IMG/VR virus record: IMGVR_UViG_3300006217_001617
Reading direction: 5' to 3' (one strand)
DNA from: an uncultured virus (IMG/VR IMGVR_UViG_3300006217_001617)
Taxonomy: Duplodnaviria; Heunggongvirae; Uroviricota; Caudoviricetes
Length of the DNA stretch: 64,000 nt
Shown: positions 54,104 through 63,822 of the stretch, piece after piece
Position numbering within the stretch: position 1 is the first letter of the stretch
Layout: every line of letters starts with the position of its first letter
Notes under the pieces: model-generated
Told to the model about the DNA's origin: nothing
The model's input: the letters and a program-made list of their open reading frames with translations, nothing else
The model's database searches: none
Made by a program: the position numbers and the translations under genes

Positions 54104-54994
54104 CTACACAATTTCGGTACAGACAACACACCAGCGATAATCGCGCTCATCCTCCACGCAGGTGTAAAGGGTCAGCTTATTTTCTCGCGTGACGGCGAGG
54201 CCGCTGCGGTCGTCTTCGTCAACCTTTGAAACGGAGATCACCTTGTAAGAGCGCGTGCCGAGTTTCGTTTTCAAGGTGATTTCATCGCCAAGTTCCAATT
54301 TATGAAGCTTATTAAAGGGCTGTACCTTGCCGCGATTGTGTCCGGCAAGTGCAACATTGCCGCTCCAGATGCTGCTGTCCTTAAAGTGACCGACGCCTTT
54401 ATGAAGCGTATCGCTGTCTGTTCCTTCGTAAATCTTGACTGAAAGGTCGATTGCCGGAATTTTCAGTGTGCCGAGGTGTCCGTTCGAGTAATACATATCC
54501 GAGGTCACTTTAGTGAAGCCACTGGAGGTATTCGGCTGCGTATTTGTAATGAAATTGGGGCCTGTCGTTGTCGAATTGCTGCCGGACGAAGTGATTCCAT
54601 TGGAGGTCGTGCCGCCCCCAATCGAACCGGAACTGCCCGTCGAACCGATCACGCCGCCGCCCGCAGACGGAGGAAGAACAATCGCAGCATTCGAGCCGTT
54701 GATCGTGCCGTCGGAAGGCTGCATTCCCGGAACGAGATTTGGCGTGAGCCAACTGCCGGTATTCAGCGTGTTACTCGCGCCGCTGCCGAACAGCGGCGGA
54801 ATCTTCGCGGCGTTTTTGCTGATATCCTCGTTTTTCCTCGCCCCGCCATCTGCGGTCTGCGGAACTTCAATCGAGGTCGGCTTGCCGTAGTTCGCACCTT
54901 CCGGTGCGTCAATAGAGTATTCGAGCGCTCCCGCAGACGGCGCAAGAGCCATCGTCAGGCAGGCGAAAAGTGCAAGAAACCTTATCTTTTTCAT
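54104..54994 (-). CDS. srt: Sortase (class D-like) with long Gly/Ser linker
   Basis: GVGHF, LAGHNRG, LTLYTC and downstream Arg. Confidence 0.92.
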   Translation of the reverse strand: MKKIRFLALFACLTMALAPSAGALEYSIDAPEGANYGKPTSIEVPQTADGGARKNEDISKNAAKIPPLFGSGASNTLNTGSWLTPNLVPGMQPSDGTINGSNAAIVLPPSAGGGVIGSTGSSGSIGGGTTSNGITSSGSNSTTTGPNFITNTQPNTSSGFTKVTSDMYYSNGHLGTLKIPAIDLSVKIYEGTDSDTLHKGVGHFKDSSIWSGNVALAGHNRGKVQPFNKLHKLELGDEITLKTKLGTRSYKVISVSKVDEDDRSGLAVTRENKLTLYTCVEDERDYRWCVVCTEIV

Positions 54995-56193
54995 TCTGAA
55001 TCATCTCCATTCTCTGCTCGGTGTTTGATGAACAATGCAATCCCAACGCCAGTGCCAGCCAGCGCAAGCACCAGCAGCGGTACCAAAATGTACGCCCAAT
55101 TAAAAGAGAAAGCCGGAACCGGAGCTGGCTCCGTCGGACCGGCAACCTGCCCTTGTGAATCCGGGTTTTCCGGCTCGGTGGGTTCGGTTGGAACTTCCGG
55201 ATCAGTCGGAGTTATAGGTTCAGTCGGTGCCACAGTCCCGGACGGTTCAACTGGCTCAGTCGGCGGCCCCATCAGGTCGGAGGTATCCGTCGGGTCGGGT
55301 GTGTCATTAAAGATGGACATTCCCTCAAATATCGCCACATACCGCACCCGATTGAGCGCAATACGACTGACAGTTCCCGTGTATTCAGCAGTCACCGTGT
55401 AGCCCTTTACATAGGTACTGGTCGCTGTGCCGGTGTAGGTAGCCACTGCCGTGTAGCGGTCACCCATTGCATAGCCGTTCACGTTTGCGGTATTATCGGT
55501 CTGCCATTTGATATCTGAAAGCGTCAGCGTTTTGCCGCCGTCATCGATACTTTTCGGAATATTTTCTGTGTCCTGGCTGACCTGATTCGGATAATTTCGC
55601 GTAACAGACACCTGTTTTGTGGATTTTCCATAACCCGCCGTCTCTACCTGTACTGTGTCCAGCTGGAGATTCAGGATTCCCGAAAGACCGTCATCGGTTA
55701 CAAACTCCTTTTGCTCCGGAAGCAGCGACAATACGGACTCCATATCCTTCTTTTTGCTGTTCAAAGTTACGGATTCTGTATGTGTTCGTTCCTCGTATTC
55801 AGGCAATTCCTGCTTCAAAAGGTCAACGAACGTGTACGAAAAACCGGCGTGCTCAAAGTCCGCGCGTGGAATCCCGGCAGGATCTGCTTCCGGAGAAAGG
55901 TCGTAGATTTTTCGGATCTCTGCGCCTTCGTCCCGCACATCAATTGCGGTCGGATAGCACACCGTTTTGGGCGCTGTGCTGGCTGGGATTGAGGTTGCTG
56001 TCGTGCTCAAAATTGCAGACGCTTTATCACTTTTTGATGTTTCCGCATCTTTTGCCGCACCCTCGTCCTCACCCTCAGCCGTGGTTTCCACTTCCGTCGA
56101 ATCCGCTGCCGCGTCCTCGACCGCCAACGCGGTCGGCAGCATCATGCTTACCAGCATCAGCGCTGCCAACCAAAAGGTTAAAATCTTTCTCAT
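54991..56193 (-). CDS. Membrane-anchored surface protein with PTEP-rich stalk
   Basis: Signal peptide; Pro/Thr/Glu repeats; C-terminal TM helix; no LPXTG. Confidence 0.8.
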   Translation of the reverse strand: MRKILTFWLAALMLVSMMLPTALAVEDAAADSTEVETTAEGEDEGAAKDAETSKSDKASAILSTTATSIPASTAPKTVCYPTAIDVRDEGAEIRKIYDLSPEADPAGIPRADFEHAGFSYTFVDLLKQELPEYEERTHTESVTLNSKKKDMESVLSLLPEQKEFVTDDGLSGILNLQLDTVQVETAGYGKSTKQVSVTRNYPNQVSQDTENIPKSIDDGGKTLTLSDIKWQTDNTANVNGYAMGDRYTAVATYTGTATSTYVKGYTVTAEYTGTVSRIALNRVRYVAIFEGMSIFNDTPDPTDTSDLMGPPTEPVEPSGTVAPTEPITPTDPEVPTEPTEPENPDSQGQVAGPTEPAPVPAFSFNWAYILVPLLVLALAGTGVGIALFIKHRAENGDDSE

Positions 56194-57094
56194 AGTTTCC
56201 TCGTTTCCTTTCCTGAAATAATGCGTCATCTGTCTGCATCTCAAACGAAATCTGTCCTGTCAGCACGCCATCCGCGAGCCACCAGTGAAACACATCTTCA
56301 CCGCTTTGCCACTCTGTCGGAAGGCCGCGTGCCTTTCTCATCGCCAGCATCCGGTCAAAAGAATGGATATATGCCATTTGATACTGTGGATAACGGGCAA
56401 ACTCCATATATCGCTTCTTCGTTGTCGTGAGCGGACATCCGATGCATCCTATACGCGTAAAACCGCACTTATATAACGGATTTGTACAGATATGCTCGGC
56501 TTCGATGTAAGCCCAGACATCTTCGTCTGTCCAGTCAATGATTGGATTGCAAATCCACCGGCTTTTCATACCGCAGTGCTCCAATACTCGGCGGTCATCG
56601 TTATCATTCAGCAGAATGCGTTTTTCTTTGTCCTTGTGCGGTTTTTCAAAAAGCGCCCGACCGTTCCGTCGCGCTGTACTTTCTGCCCAGCGGACACCGG
56701 TCGTGATAAATCGATTTTCGCCACCATACTCTTTCAGCACAGAACAACAATAGCGAACCAGCCGGGTCGCTGGCATGAGTTTTTGCGGAATCAAGCTCCA
56801 CATAGTTACATGCCTGCTTTTGTAGCTCGGCATATTGACAGTGCAGGAGATCCCTTTTTTCTCAAGTTCATGGAACGTTTTCCTGATATGATAGACCGTT
56901 TCGGGCGCGTCAGCGGTAGTATGATTGTGAATGACTTCAAATGGAATTTCTGCCCGCTGCACCAGAGCTAGACACAAATCCGAATCTTTCCCGCCGGATG
57001 TTGTCACAAGCAAGGGCGCTTTGTACAGGCGTTCGCTGTGAAATGCAGCTTCCCGCAAACGCGCTATTGCTTTCCGCTCTTTGTCCTCATTCAC
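56075..57094 (-). CDS. PAPS-reductase-family protein
   Basis: SGGKDS PP-loop, RYCCSVLKE, TGVRWAES, NPIIDW, RIGCIGCP. Confidence 0.9.
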   Translation of the reverse strand: MNEDKERKAIARLREAAFHSERLYKAPLLVTTSGGKDSDLCLALVQRAEIPFEVIHNHTTADAPETVYHIRKTFHELEKKGISCTVNMPSYKSRHVTMWSLIPQKLMPATRLVRYCCSVLKEYGGENRFITTGVRWAESTARRNGRALFEKPHKDKEKRILLNDNDDRRVLEHCGMKSRWICNPIIDWTDEDVWAYIEAEHICTNPLYKCGFTRIGCIGCPLTTTKKRYMEFARYPQYQMAYIHSFDRMLAMRKARGLPTEWQSGEDVFHWWLADGVLTGQISFEMQTDDALFQERKRGNYEKDFNLLVGSADAGKHDAADRVGGRGRGSGFDGSGNHG

Positions 57095-57354
57095 TTGGCT
57101 TCAGCTGCGACGGCTTCGGCATAGGCATCCAGAACCGCCTGATCGAACTCCTGCCGGAATTCCTTCGTGCTGGGATAGCACACGTCGTGATACTCCTCGT
57201 CAACCCTACGGGACGGCATGGACACAAAAACGGTTTTGCTGCCTTCGATCACCTTCACACCGCGAATGATGAAGCAGCCCTCCAGGCAAACAGAAGCGGT
57301 CGCCAGCAGTGCGCTGGGATTCTTCGGCAAATAGATTTTAACGTCGATATTCAT
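57091..57354 (-). CDS. spoVG: SpoVG-family nucleic-acid-binding protein
   Basis: A.ASV....F.I.G.KVIEG...FVSMPS....Y.D..YP. Confidence 0.9.
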   Translation of the reverse strand: MNIDVKIYLPKNPSALLATASVCLEGCFIIRGVKVIEGSKTVFVSMPSRRVDEEYHDVCYPSTKEFRQEFDQAVLDAYAEAVAAEAK

Positions 57355-57382
57355 TGCTTTCTTCCTTTCAAAAAGCTATCTT

Positions 57383-58012
57383 TTAGTTTTCTTCCGCCAT
57401 ACGTTCAAAGTCTCGCGGTGAAATCTCCAGCAGGAGAATGCGGCCATCCTTGTTGACCGCATCAACACGGTATTTCATTACCAGCGGGTATTGGAAATCG
57501 CTGCATTTCGGCGGAATGTAACGCTTCTTAAATTCTTCCGGAGACAGCCAGCCGACTCCGGCAACACAAATCCAACGGATAGGCGAATTGCTTCCTTCAA
57601 CGTTCAGCAGCCGGAAATTTCTCTTTGCCATTTGTTTTTCTGGCTTCCGCTGAAGCGGGAACAGGGTAAATTCATGCAGCCCATAGCGGATTCGGAACGC
57701 TTCGATACATTCTTCTGCCAGCTGCTTTACCAGTTGATTCCTGTGCCAAAACGGTAAGTTTTTATAATCCATTACAAGGACATCCTCGCACGCCTTGTGC
57801 TCCGAAAACACGGGAACACAGCGCACCAGGTCAAGCGCCTGGATGCCGTTTGTCACTCCCAGAACTTTGATGCTTTCTATACCGAGTGACTGGTAATCCT
57901 GGAACGCATCCGAACACCGTGTAAACTCCATCAGCCGCCAGCCGGGGCCGTCGCTTCGGCGCTGGCCGATCCGCAGGTCATCAATGGTGTAGTAGGTCAG
58001 CTCAGCCGCCAT
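57383..58012 (-). CDS. Hypothetical protein
   Basis: GGAGGGAG RBS; co-oriented, overlapping the upstream gene. Confidence 0.7.
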   Translation of the reverse strand: MAAELTYYTIDDLRIGQRRSDGPGWRLMEFTRCSDAFQDYQSLGIESIKVLGVTNGIQALDLVRCVPVFSEHKACEDVLVMDYKNLPFWHRNQLVKQLAEECIEAFRIRYGLHEFTLFPLQRKPEKQMAKRNFRLLNVEGSNSPIRWICVAGVGWLSPEEFKKRYIPPKCSDFQYPLVMKYRVDAVNKDGRILLLEISPRDFERMAEEN

Positions 58013-58511
58013 AGACAACCGCTCCCTCCGAGATTTTTTCTGCAAGCTCGCCCATGCAAATGCCGTCTGCGGCCAGCTTTTCCTGCAACTCGCGCGGAAT
58101 TTCGCGAAGCTCTGCATCGAACGGCGCACGGGTAATATTGATGGCGGCTGTCTCCGGATCGGGACAGGCTACCAGTCTCGCGTCCTGCGGAATACCTGCG
58201 GCTTCCATCAGCTCAGACGGCATTTTGATTTCCTCCCGTTCCAGCGAAAAGGGACAAAAACCTTTGTTGCAGTCGATGCATTCTCCGCAAACCTCAATCA
58301 GATGGTCGCACAGCTCCTGTTCCAATTCCTGCAATGCGGAAATCGTGTGCAGCAATTCAGGCGCGGTCATCGTTCCCGGAAGCAGTGCCATCGACTTCCC
58401 AATGATGTGGATTTCAAATTTTTTCATGTCCTGCAAGCCGCAAATCTTCAGTGCAGCAGACGGGATCAGCACGCCCTTCGGCTGTGCTTCCTTCTCCAAT
58501 TTGATACTCAT
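58002..58511 (-). CDS. AbrB-like hypothetical protein
   Basis: Two IP...L...G motifs and CGECIDC; AGGAGG RBS. Confidence 0.6.
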   Translation of the reverse strand: MSIKLEKEAQPKGVLIPSAALKICGLQDMKKFEIHIIGKSMALLPGTMTAPELLHTISALQELEQELCDHLIEVCGECIDCNKGFCPFSLEREEIKMPSELMEAAGIPQDARLVACPDPETAAINITRAPFDAELREIPRELQEKLAADGICMGELAEKISEGAVVYGG

Positions 58512-58519
58512 ATTTCCTC

Positions 58520-59329
58520 CTAAAAAAGCGTTATTTGAGACGGCGCGTTTCGCATCCGTTCGTCAAAATCGTAGTTTGCGATCAGCAGCTCGGCAAACTG
58601 TGCGCCGTTGTCATAGCGCTGCTTAATCGTGTTCAGACGACTGACTTCCATCATGCGGATGTTCGAATATTTGTACAGTGCGCGTACAAAATCATCGTCG
58701 TTATAAGACAACAAAAACTTGCCTTGAATCTGCATCAATGTGTCACGCAGCCGCACATGGTCTTTATCTGTGAAGCCTTCCTCACCGATGTTTTTGTAGT
58801 AGCCCTCGGTCGAGTGATACGGCGGGTCGAGATAGAAAAAGCTGACCGGACGGTCGTACTGTCCTATCAGCTTTTCAAAATCACGGTTTTCAATTACCAC
58901 ATCGCCTAGACGAATGTGTGCCTGCTCGATCAGCGGAAAATCCTTACGAATGTTGTGCGGCTGTCCGCCGAAGCTGGTCAGCCCAGAGGCGTAACTGTAG
59001 CGGATCAGCTGGTAAAACCATGCCGCCTTCTGCACATCTGTCGCAGGGCTATCGCGGGCCAATTCCGCACGGATACTGTCAAATTCTTCGCGGGAATTGA
59101 GCGCGTACCGCAGTTCGTCAATCAGTTCATCGTGTTTATCGCGGACACAGCGGTAAAGATTCACAAGCAGGCTGTTTCGGTCGTTGTAGACCTCGAAATC
59201 GTTGCGAGGCGACTTGTGAAACAGCACCCAGCCGCCACCGCCGAACACTTCAATGTAGCGCTCATAGACCAGCGGGAAGCGCTGAACAATCACATCGCGC
59301 AGCGCTTTTTTGCCGCCAATCCAACTCAT
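58520..59329 (-). CDS. dam: Dam-like N6-adenine DNA methyltransferase (orphan)
   Basis: WIGGK, YIEVFGGGG, EVYND, FYLDPPY, LLSYND, ELLIANY. Confidence 0.93.
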   Translation of the reverse strand: MSWIGGKKALRDVIVQRFPLVYERYIEVFGGGGWVLFHKSPRNDFEVYNDRNSLLVNLYRCVRDKHDELIDELRYALNSREEFDSIRAELARDSPATDVQKAAWFYQLIRYSYASGLTSFGGQPHNIRKDFPLIEQAHIRLGDVVIENRDFEKLIGQYDRPVSFFYLDPPYHSTEGYYKNIGEEGFTDKDHVRLRDTLMQIQGKFLLSYNDDDFVRALYKYSNIRMMEVSRLNTIKQRYDNGAQFAELLIANYDFDERMRNAPSQITLF

Positions 59330-59337
59330 AAAACTGT

Positions 59338-59652
59338 TTATTTGCCCTCACCGCCTTCATTTTCGCAGAAACAGTTCAAGGCGCTTTCAAGACCGCTGAT
59401 CGCGGCTTCCAGCCCGTTTGCCATCGCGCGGAGCTGGCGGATTGTCGAATAAACTTCGCCAGCGGTCACGGCATAATAGTAGCCATCCGCGCTGCTGCCA
59501 ACCGGAATGCCCTCGCGCCGGAGCCGGTTCACACGCCGCCGCAGTTCATTGCCGCTGATGTGCAGGGAATGTTCCAATTCTGGCGCGTTCTTAGCGTTTT
59601 TTCTGCCTTTGCACTCTGATTTTAAGTGCATTACCAGGGGTTCATATTTCAT
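59338..59652 (-). CDS. Winged-helix DNA-binding protein
   Basis: EL...L.IS..ELRR.VN.LRR.GIP..S...GYY. Confidence 0.75.
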   Translation of the reverse strand: MKYEPLVMHLKSECKGRKNAKNAPELEHSLHISGNELRRRVNRLRREGIPVGSSADGYYYAVTAGEVYSTIRQLRAMANGLEAAISGLESALNCFCENEGGEGK

Positions 59653-59698
59653 GGTTTCCTCCTTTTTCAAGGGCTGTTTCCCAAAAAAGGGTACGAAA

Positions 59699-59731
59699 AA
59701 AGGGCCGCAGTCCTTTTCGGGAAAACGGCCC
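59699..59731. terminator. Intrinsic terminator-like hairpin
   Basis: GGGCCG...CGGCCC with TTTTT on the minus strand. Confidence 0.55.
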
Positions 59732-59753
59732 CTGTTGATGTCATAATATTAAC

Positions 59754-60746
59754 TTACAAACTCATGCTGGGTGCGGAGTTTTCGAGCTTCTCATAGCGTG
59801 ACGGATCGGCGGCGGGAGTGTCCCAGCCGAACATACTGCCGCCGACCATCGCTTCCTCCTGCGCAGGCGTAATGCCGCGCTGTTGATTATGATAATCAAC
59901 GATTTTGCGGTTCTTTTCCGCATTCCCCGTCTCCCATTCGGAGGGGTAATAACCGCTTTCGCCGCGCTTGATGCAGATAATTTCGCCGGTTGAAGGCAAG
60001 GTGGAAAGACAGACTTCCGGAAGCTCTGACGGTGAAAAACGTTCCTGCTCTGTCTGAATTGTCCATGACTTATCGTCGCTCCAAAGGGAGGCGTTAATGA
60101 TATTGCCATCCGCAGTTTTTAAGTCTCTCTGCTCAAACCCTTCCCCCAGGCCATCACTTGCCTGTCCGGTAATCTCGCTGATTAGTGCGTCCATTTCAGC
60201 GGCATTGAGCGGTTCGCGAATCACACACTCCGCAACGCCCCACAGCTTCCCTTCGCGTACATCCACATCGAATTGGAAGGACTGTACCTTCGCATTCAGG
60301 CTGTCTTTTTCATGATGATATAACATCAAACCTCGCTCCGCCTCCTCCGGCGCACGCTCTTTCAGAAGCGCTTCCCGGATGAGGTCGGCATATGAAACTG
60401 CTTCCCAATCGGAAATCGGCGTCGGATCTTCATCGAGATAGTCGCCCCATTTATTGGTTTCCAGCATTCTCACCGTCATCGGCATGTAAAAGTTCAGCGT
60501 TTGCAGATGCTGGATGCTGAACGTATCTTCGCCCGGAACCAGGCTCAGCGAGCGCCCGTTGTCCCATTCAACCCCAATCTGACCTGCATCGTCGATGAAC
60601 CGAATGGTTCCGCCGGTTCCTGGCTCGACCGGATATGGATCGTCCATATGCCCAAGCTTGATGCGCGTTCCCGGTGGGTACTGCTTCCGCAGCGCGTCCA
60701 CCCGATCTTTGTTTGGAATCAATTTTATACACTCCCTCTTTGACAA
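59754..60746 (-). CDS. DUF4314-domain protein
   Basis: YPPGTRI.L..MDDPY...PG..GT...IDD.GQI.V.WDNG.SL.L..GED; C-terminal AM..GSMFGW..P.ADP. Confidence 0.85.
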   Translation of the reverse strand: MSKRECIKLIPNKDRVDALRKQYPPGTRIKLGHMDDPYPVEPGTGGTIRFIDDAGQIGVEWDNGRSLSLVPGEDTFSIQHLQTLNFYMPMTVRMLETNKWGDYLDEDPTPISDWEAVSYADLIREALLKERAPEEAERGLMLYHHEKDSLNAKVQSFQFDVDVREGKLWGVAECVIREPLNAAEMDALISEITGQASDGLGEGFEQRDLKTADGNIINASLWSDDKSWTIQTEQERFSPSELPEVCLSTLPSTGEIICIKRGESGYYPSEWETGNAEKNRKIVDYHNQQRGITPAQEEAMVGGSMFGWDTPAADPSRYEKLENSAPSMSL

Positions 60747-60781
60747 AAGCCGTTTTTCTTTTGAAAAACGGCTTTAAATCA

Positions 60782-61066
60782 TTATATAATGTTCAGTTTT
60801 TTCAGAAGCATAATGCTGTCTTTCGCACCCTGCCGATACAGGCAGCGGTAGTGCTGTATCTGCACATCCAACGACAGGCTGATGTACTCGCTGATTTTCT
60901 GCTTAAGCAGTGCAGGCAGTGTCGGATCTCTTAAAATCTCGTCATTCAGCGTGGATATTCGGCGTTGTTTTGCGTCAAGCGGCGGTGTCGCCCTTTCCAG
61001 CTTTGTCAGCACGCATTGTACCAGCTCATCCGTTGCTGTCGTAAGGATTTCCTCGTAGGTTTGCAT
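60782..61066 (-). CDS. Small hypothetical protein
   Basis: GGAGG RBS; LYRQGAKD...LLK.L ending. Confidence 0.7.
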   Translation of the reverse strand: MQTYEEILTTATDELVQCVLTKLERATPPLDAKQRRISTLNDEILRDPTLPALLKQKISEYISLSLDVQIQHYRCLYRQGAKDSIMLLKKLNII

Positions 61067-61079
61067 TTCGTTCACCTCC

Positions 61080-61136
61080 GCAACACAACATACCACAACA
61101 TTTTTGTAATATCCAGCAGCAAACCTACCGAAAAAC
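61080..61136 (-). promoter_or_regulatory. Conserved ICE promoter-like motif, copy 1
   Basis: ~55-bp match to 63767-63822; extended -10 TGTGGTATGTT. Confidence 0.6.
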
Positions 61137-61173
61137 TTTCCGCAAAACCTACGAAATTGAGATACGTTCCTGG

Positions 61174-62373
61174 TTACGATATCCCACCGAAGTGCAGCCC
61201 CGATTCGTCTTGATTTTGTTCGCTGGGGTCTTGCTGCATCAGCTCATCCAACGTCAGGACTCCATGATAGGAAATGTAGCCGTAATCGTTGAACTGACCA
61301 TTTTCCGCGCTGATTTTCTGCCTGCCATAGCCTTGGAAATCATAAAATTCTTCCAGATTCGGGTCATATTCAAACCGTCCGGACTGCTGGATCATGTATT
61401 TCCCATATTCGCCCGGCGTTTTTACATTTGGAACAAATTCGAATTGCTCCAGATTTTCAGCAAGCTGACGGATTTCACTGGCGTATCCTGGTTCTGCCAT
61501 CAGCACAGCGGCATTCAATTTGCTGCATTCCTGCGGGGACAGTTTTGCGATGGCTTCGCACATTTCGTTGACCTCAGCCAGCGACTCCTGCTGCAAATCG
61601 ATCCGTCCGGAAACAGTTTTCGGAAGTTCATCCTCTACGATCTGCATTCGGCTGCCTGCAACATCGGTCGCTCCGGCACGCTCCAGCGTCCGGGCAAGCT
61701 GCTGATCCGGCGCAGGAAAGTACAGGTAATCGCTTGCTCCTGTGCTGCAGTCCGCTGGTCGAATTTCGATTGCTATCTGACACGGTTGGTACAGATACGG
61801 CGGGAAGTGTTGCCCATCATAGAGCTGTTCCAGCTTCATTCCATTATCGTATACTACGCCGTAGGGGGTCACGCTGCCGTTTCCACCTTGCATGAGCTTC
61901 AGGGCTTCTGCCTTGCCGTCGATCTGCTGATATTCCGCCGTGGCCATACAGCCGCCGTGAATTGTTAGGACATGGTTGCGCCCAATTTGCTCCAGGTCGT
62001 TGAAATCTGTGACCACGGTTACCTGCTGGCTACTGAAGGTCAGGTTAATAAAATCCCGTATATCTGAGAGTTCCAGTTTGCTCGCCATCGCCTGAAACTG
62101 CGACGCTTCGTAATCATCGAAGCTTTCCAGCCGCTTGGCGAGGTAGTCCAGTTCATCTGCGTTGACCTTCTGTCCTGCAAGCGGCTCCAGCACCGTGTAC
62201 CAGCTTTTTAACGTATCGATTTTGCAGTCAGATTTCTGAACAGCGCCGATTCCGAGCTGTTCCATCTGCGCAATCGCGTGGTCGTACTGCTCGTCCGGAA
62301 TTGGGAATTCAAGCGGCATAGAGCCGTGTTCGGGGTGTTCCGCATTACTGAGCACGGTTCTAATCATTGACAC
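61174..62373 (-). CDS. ArdA-like antirestriction-domain protein
   Basis: DELDYLAKRL.SF; YD...YG...G.F..YGY acidic repeats. Confidence 0.7.
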   Translation of the reverse strand: MSMIRTVLSNAEHPEHGSMPLEFPIPDEQYDHAIAQMEQLGIGAVQKSDCKIDTLKSWYTVLEPLAGQKVNADELDYLAKRLESFDDYEASQFQAMASKLELSDIRDFINLTFSSQQVTVVTDFNDLEQIGRNHVLTIHGGCMATAEYQQIDGKAEALKLMQGGNGSVTPYGVVYDNGMKLEQLYDGQHFPPYLYQPCQIAIEIRPADCSTGASDYLYFPAPDQQLARTLERAGATDVAGSRMQIVEDELPKTVSGRIDLQQESLAEVNEMCEAIAKLSPQECSKLNAAVLMAEPGYASEIRQLAENLEQFEFVPNVKTPGEYGKYMIQQSGRFEYDPNLEEFYDFQGYGRQKISAENGQFNDYGYISYHGVLTLDELMQQDPSEQNQDESGLHFGGIS

Positions 62374-62538
62374 ATTCCTCCTTCTTTGACGTACTTTTGA
62401 TTTTCTGCATTCGTGTTTTCATGCACTCGCCGTCGCTGCCGCCACACAGGAAGCCGGTTGAAGGATACGGACAGCCCCTGCAATCTGACAGAGCAGTCCG
62501 CGCCTGCACATCTTTCTTCTTTTCCATACGCCCTCCGA

Positions 62539-63717
62539 TTACAAATTCATGCTGTTAAACTGCTTCTGTCCCGGCTTCTCCTGCGGGGTCTGGACTGGCT
62601 GACGGTCTTTGCGTTCCACCATGCCGTAATCCGTCAGTTTGGCGTTTAGTTCTTTGACAAGCGCACCCCCAAAACCCTCCAGGTCAAGGTATGGAATCAT
62701 GGCTTCCGCTGACTGCGGATCAACGACCACGCTTAACTCGTCCCGCGCGACATCCTCCAGCGTTTCGTATTGCGGTGTGACCAGATACTCATCCATCCGA
62801 TCTATCAACTGAACTGCGCTGCCGAAATCGTTTGGTTTTACTGCTGCGACAATCGCTTTGTACTCGGTCATTTGTTTTAGGGGCATCTCTGCCAGGATTG
62901 CAGCCAGCTGATTGACCTCGCGGATATCTTCCGCATGATTGATGGGGCCTTTCAGCAGCGGGACTTTGCAGTCAGCACACTCAAAGCTGGTTTCCTGCCA
63001 GCCGTCAGCTCCCAACTGATCCAGCACGTTATTCAAACTTTCGCTGGAAGTGGGGAGTTTGATTGATTTCTCACCATCGGAATCAGACGTTCTTATTTCC
63101 AGAAGTATCGTGTAGTCTGGTGCTTTCGGTGTGTAGTCGAGCGTTTTATGGGCTTCCACTAATTCGCTGTGCTGCTCCACATAACTGTTATCTGTGAACA
63201 CGCCGCCATTGCTTAACCGTTCCTCTCGACCTATCGCTGTGTAGTCCAGCTTCGCAAAAGCTTCCTCCGGCATTTCCTCAGTGTTTGCCCACAGCCCGTT
63301 ATCGACAAGGAACTCGCCAAGTTCTTTGTGCGTCGTGATACCGCCGAGTACATGGCAGCACTCGGTGCTGTACGCGAAGTCGATCAGCTTTGAGATGGGG
63401 ATCGGTTGATCTGATTTGAAAGCGTCTGCCTTCACCATCCCATCGAAGGCTTCCTGCTGCCAGTCCTCAAGACTGCTCATCTTTTCAGCCAGAGCGTTGA
63501 CCTCATACAGCCCTCCATGCTCAATCGGCAGGAGGTTCAGGTATTTGCTTGTGTGACTGGAGACAATCTCAACTTCGACTTCAGATGCGTCGGCAGTTCG
63601 CAGCCGCTCCTGCACATCCAGCAATTCATATGGCGTTGCTGGCAGCGCGAGAGTCACAGCTGCCGCATTGTATGGCCTTCCGGGCCTCGTGACATATGTA
63701 TCAAATATTTTTTGCAA
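62539..63717 (-). CDS. ArdA-like antirestriction-domain protein
   Basis: LPATPYELLD, ELGEFL, LDYTAIGR, PYLDLEGFG, TDYG; acidic; GGAGG RBS with TTG start. Confidence 0.65.
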   Translation of the reverse strand: MQKIFDTYVTRPGRPYNAAAVTLALPATPYELLDVQERLRTADASEVEVEIVSSHTSKYLNLLPIEHGGLYEVNALAEKMSSLEDWQQEAFDGMVKADAFKSDQPIPISKLIDFAYSTECCHVLGGITTHKELGEFLVDNGLWANTEEMPEEAFAKLDYTAIGREERLSNGGVFTDNSYVEQHSELVEAHKTLDYTPKAPDYTILLEIRTSDSDGEKSIKLPTSSESLNNVLDQLGADGWQETSFECADCKVPLLKGPINHAEDIREVNQLAAILAEMPLKQMTEYKAIVAAVKPNDFGSAVQLIDRMDEYLVTPQYETLEDVARDELSVVVDPQSAEAMIPYLDLEGFGGALVKELNAKLTDYGMVERKDRQPVQTPQEKPGQKQFNSMNL

Positions 63718-63766
63718 GTGTCTCAGCTCCCTCCAATTTGGTATTTGCCGTTTGATTTTTCGGTTT

Positions 63767-63822
63767 GCAACACAACATATCACAACGGGTTTCGGATATC
63801 CAGCAGAAAATCCAACGAAAAC
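63767..63822 (-). promoter_or_regulatory. Conserved ICE promoter-like motif, copy 2
   Basis: GCAACACAACATAYCACAAC...ATATCCAGCAG...CGAAAA shared with 61080-61136. Confidence 0.6.

Noticed and set aside
56075..56230. 119-bp overlap of the PAPS-reductase-like C-terminus with the next gene as a functional dual-coding region
   Set aside because: The extension looks like featureless read-through after GQISFE; stop-codon loss is the simpler explanation.
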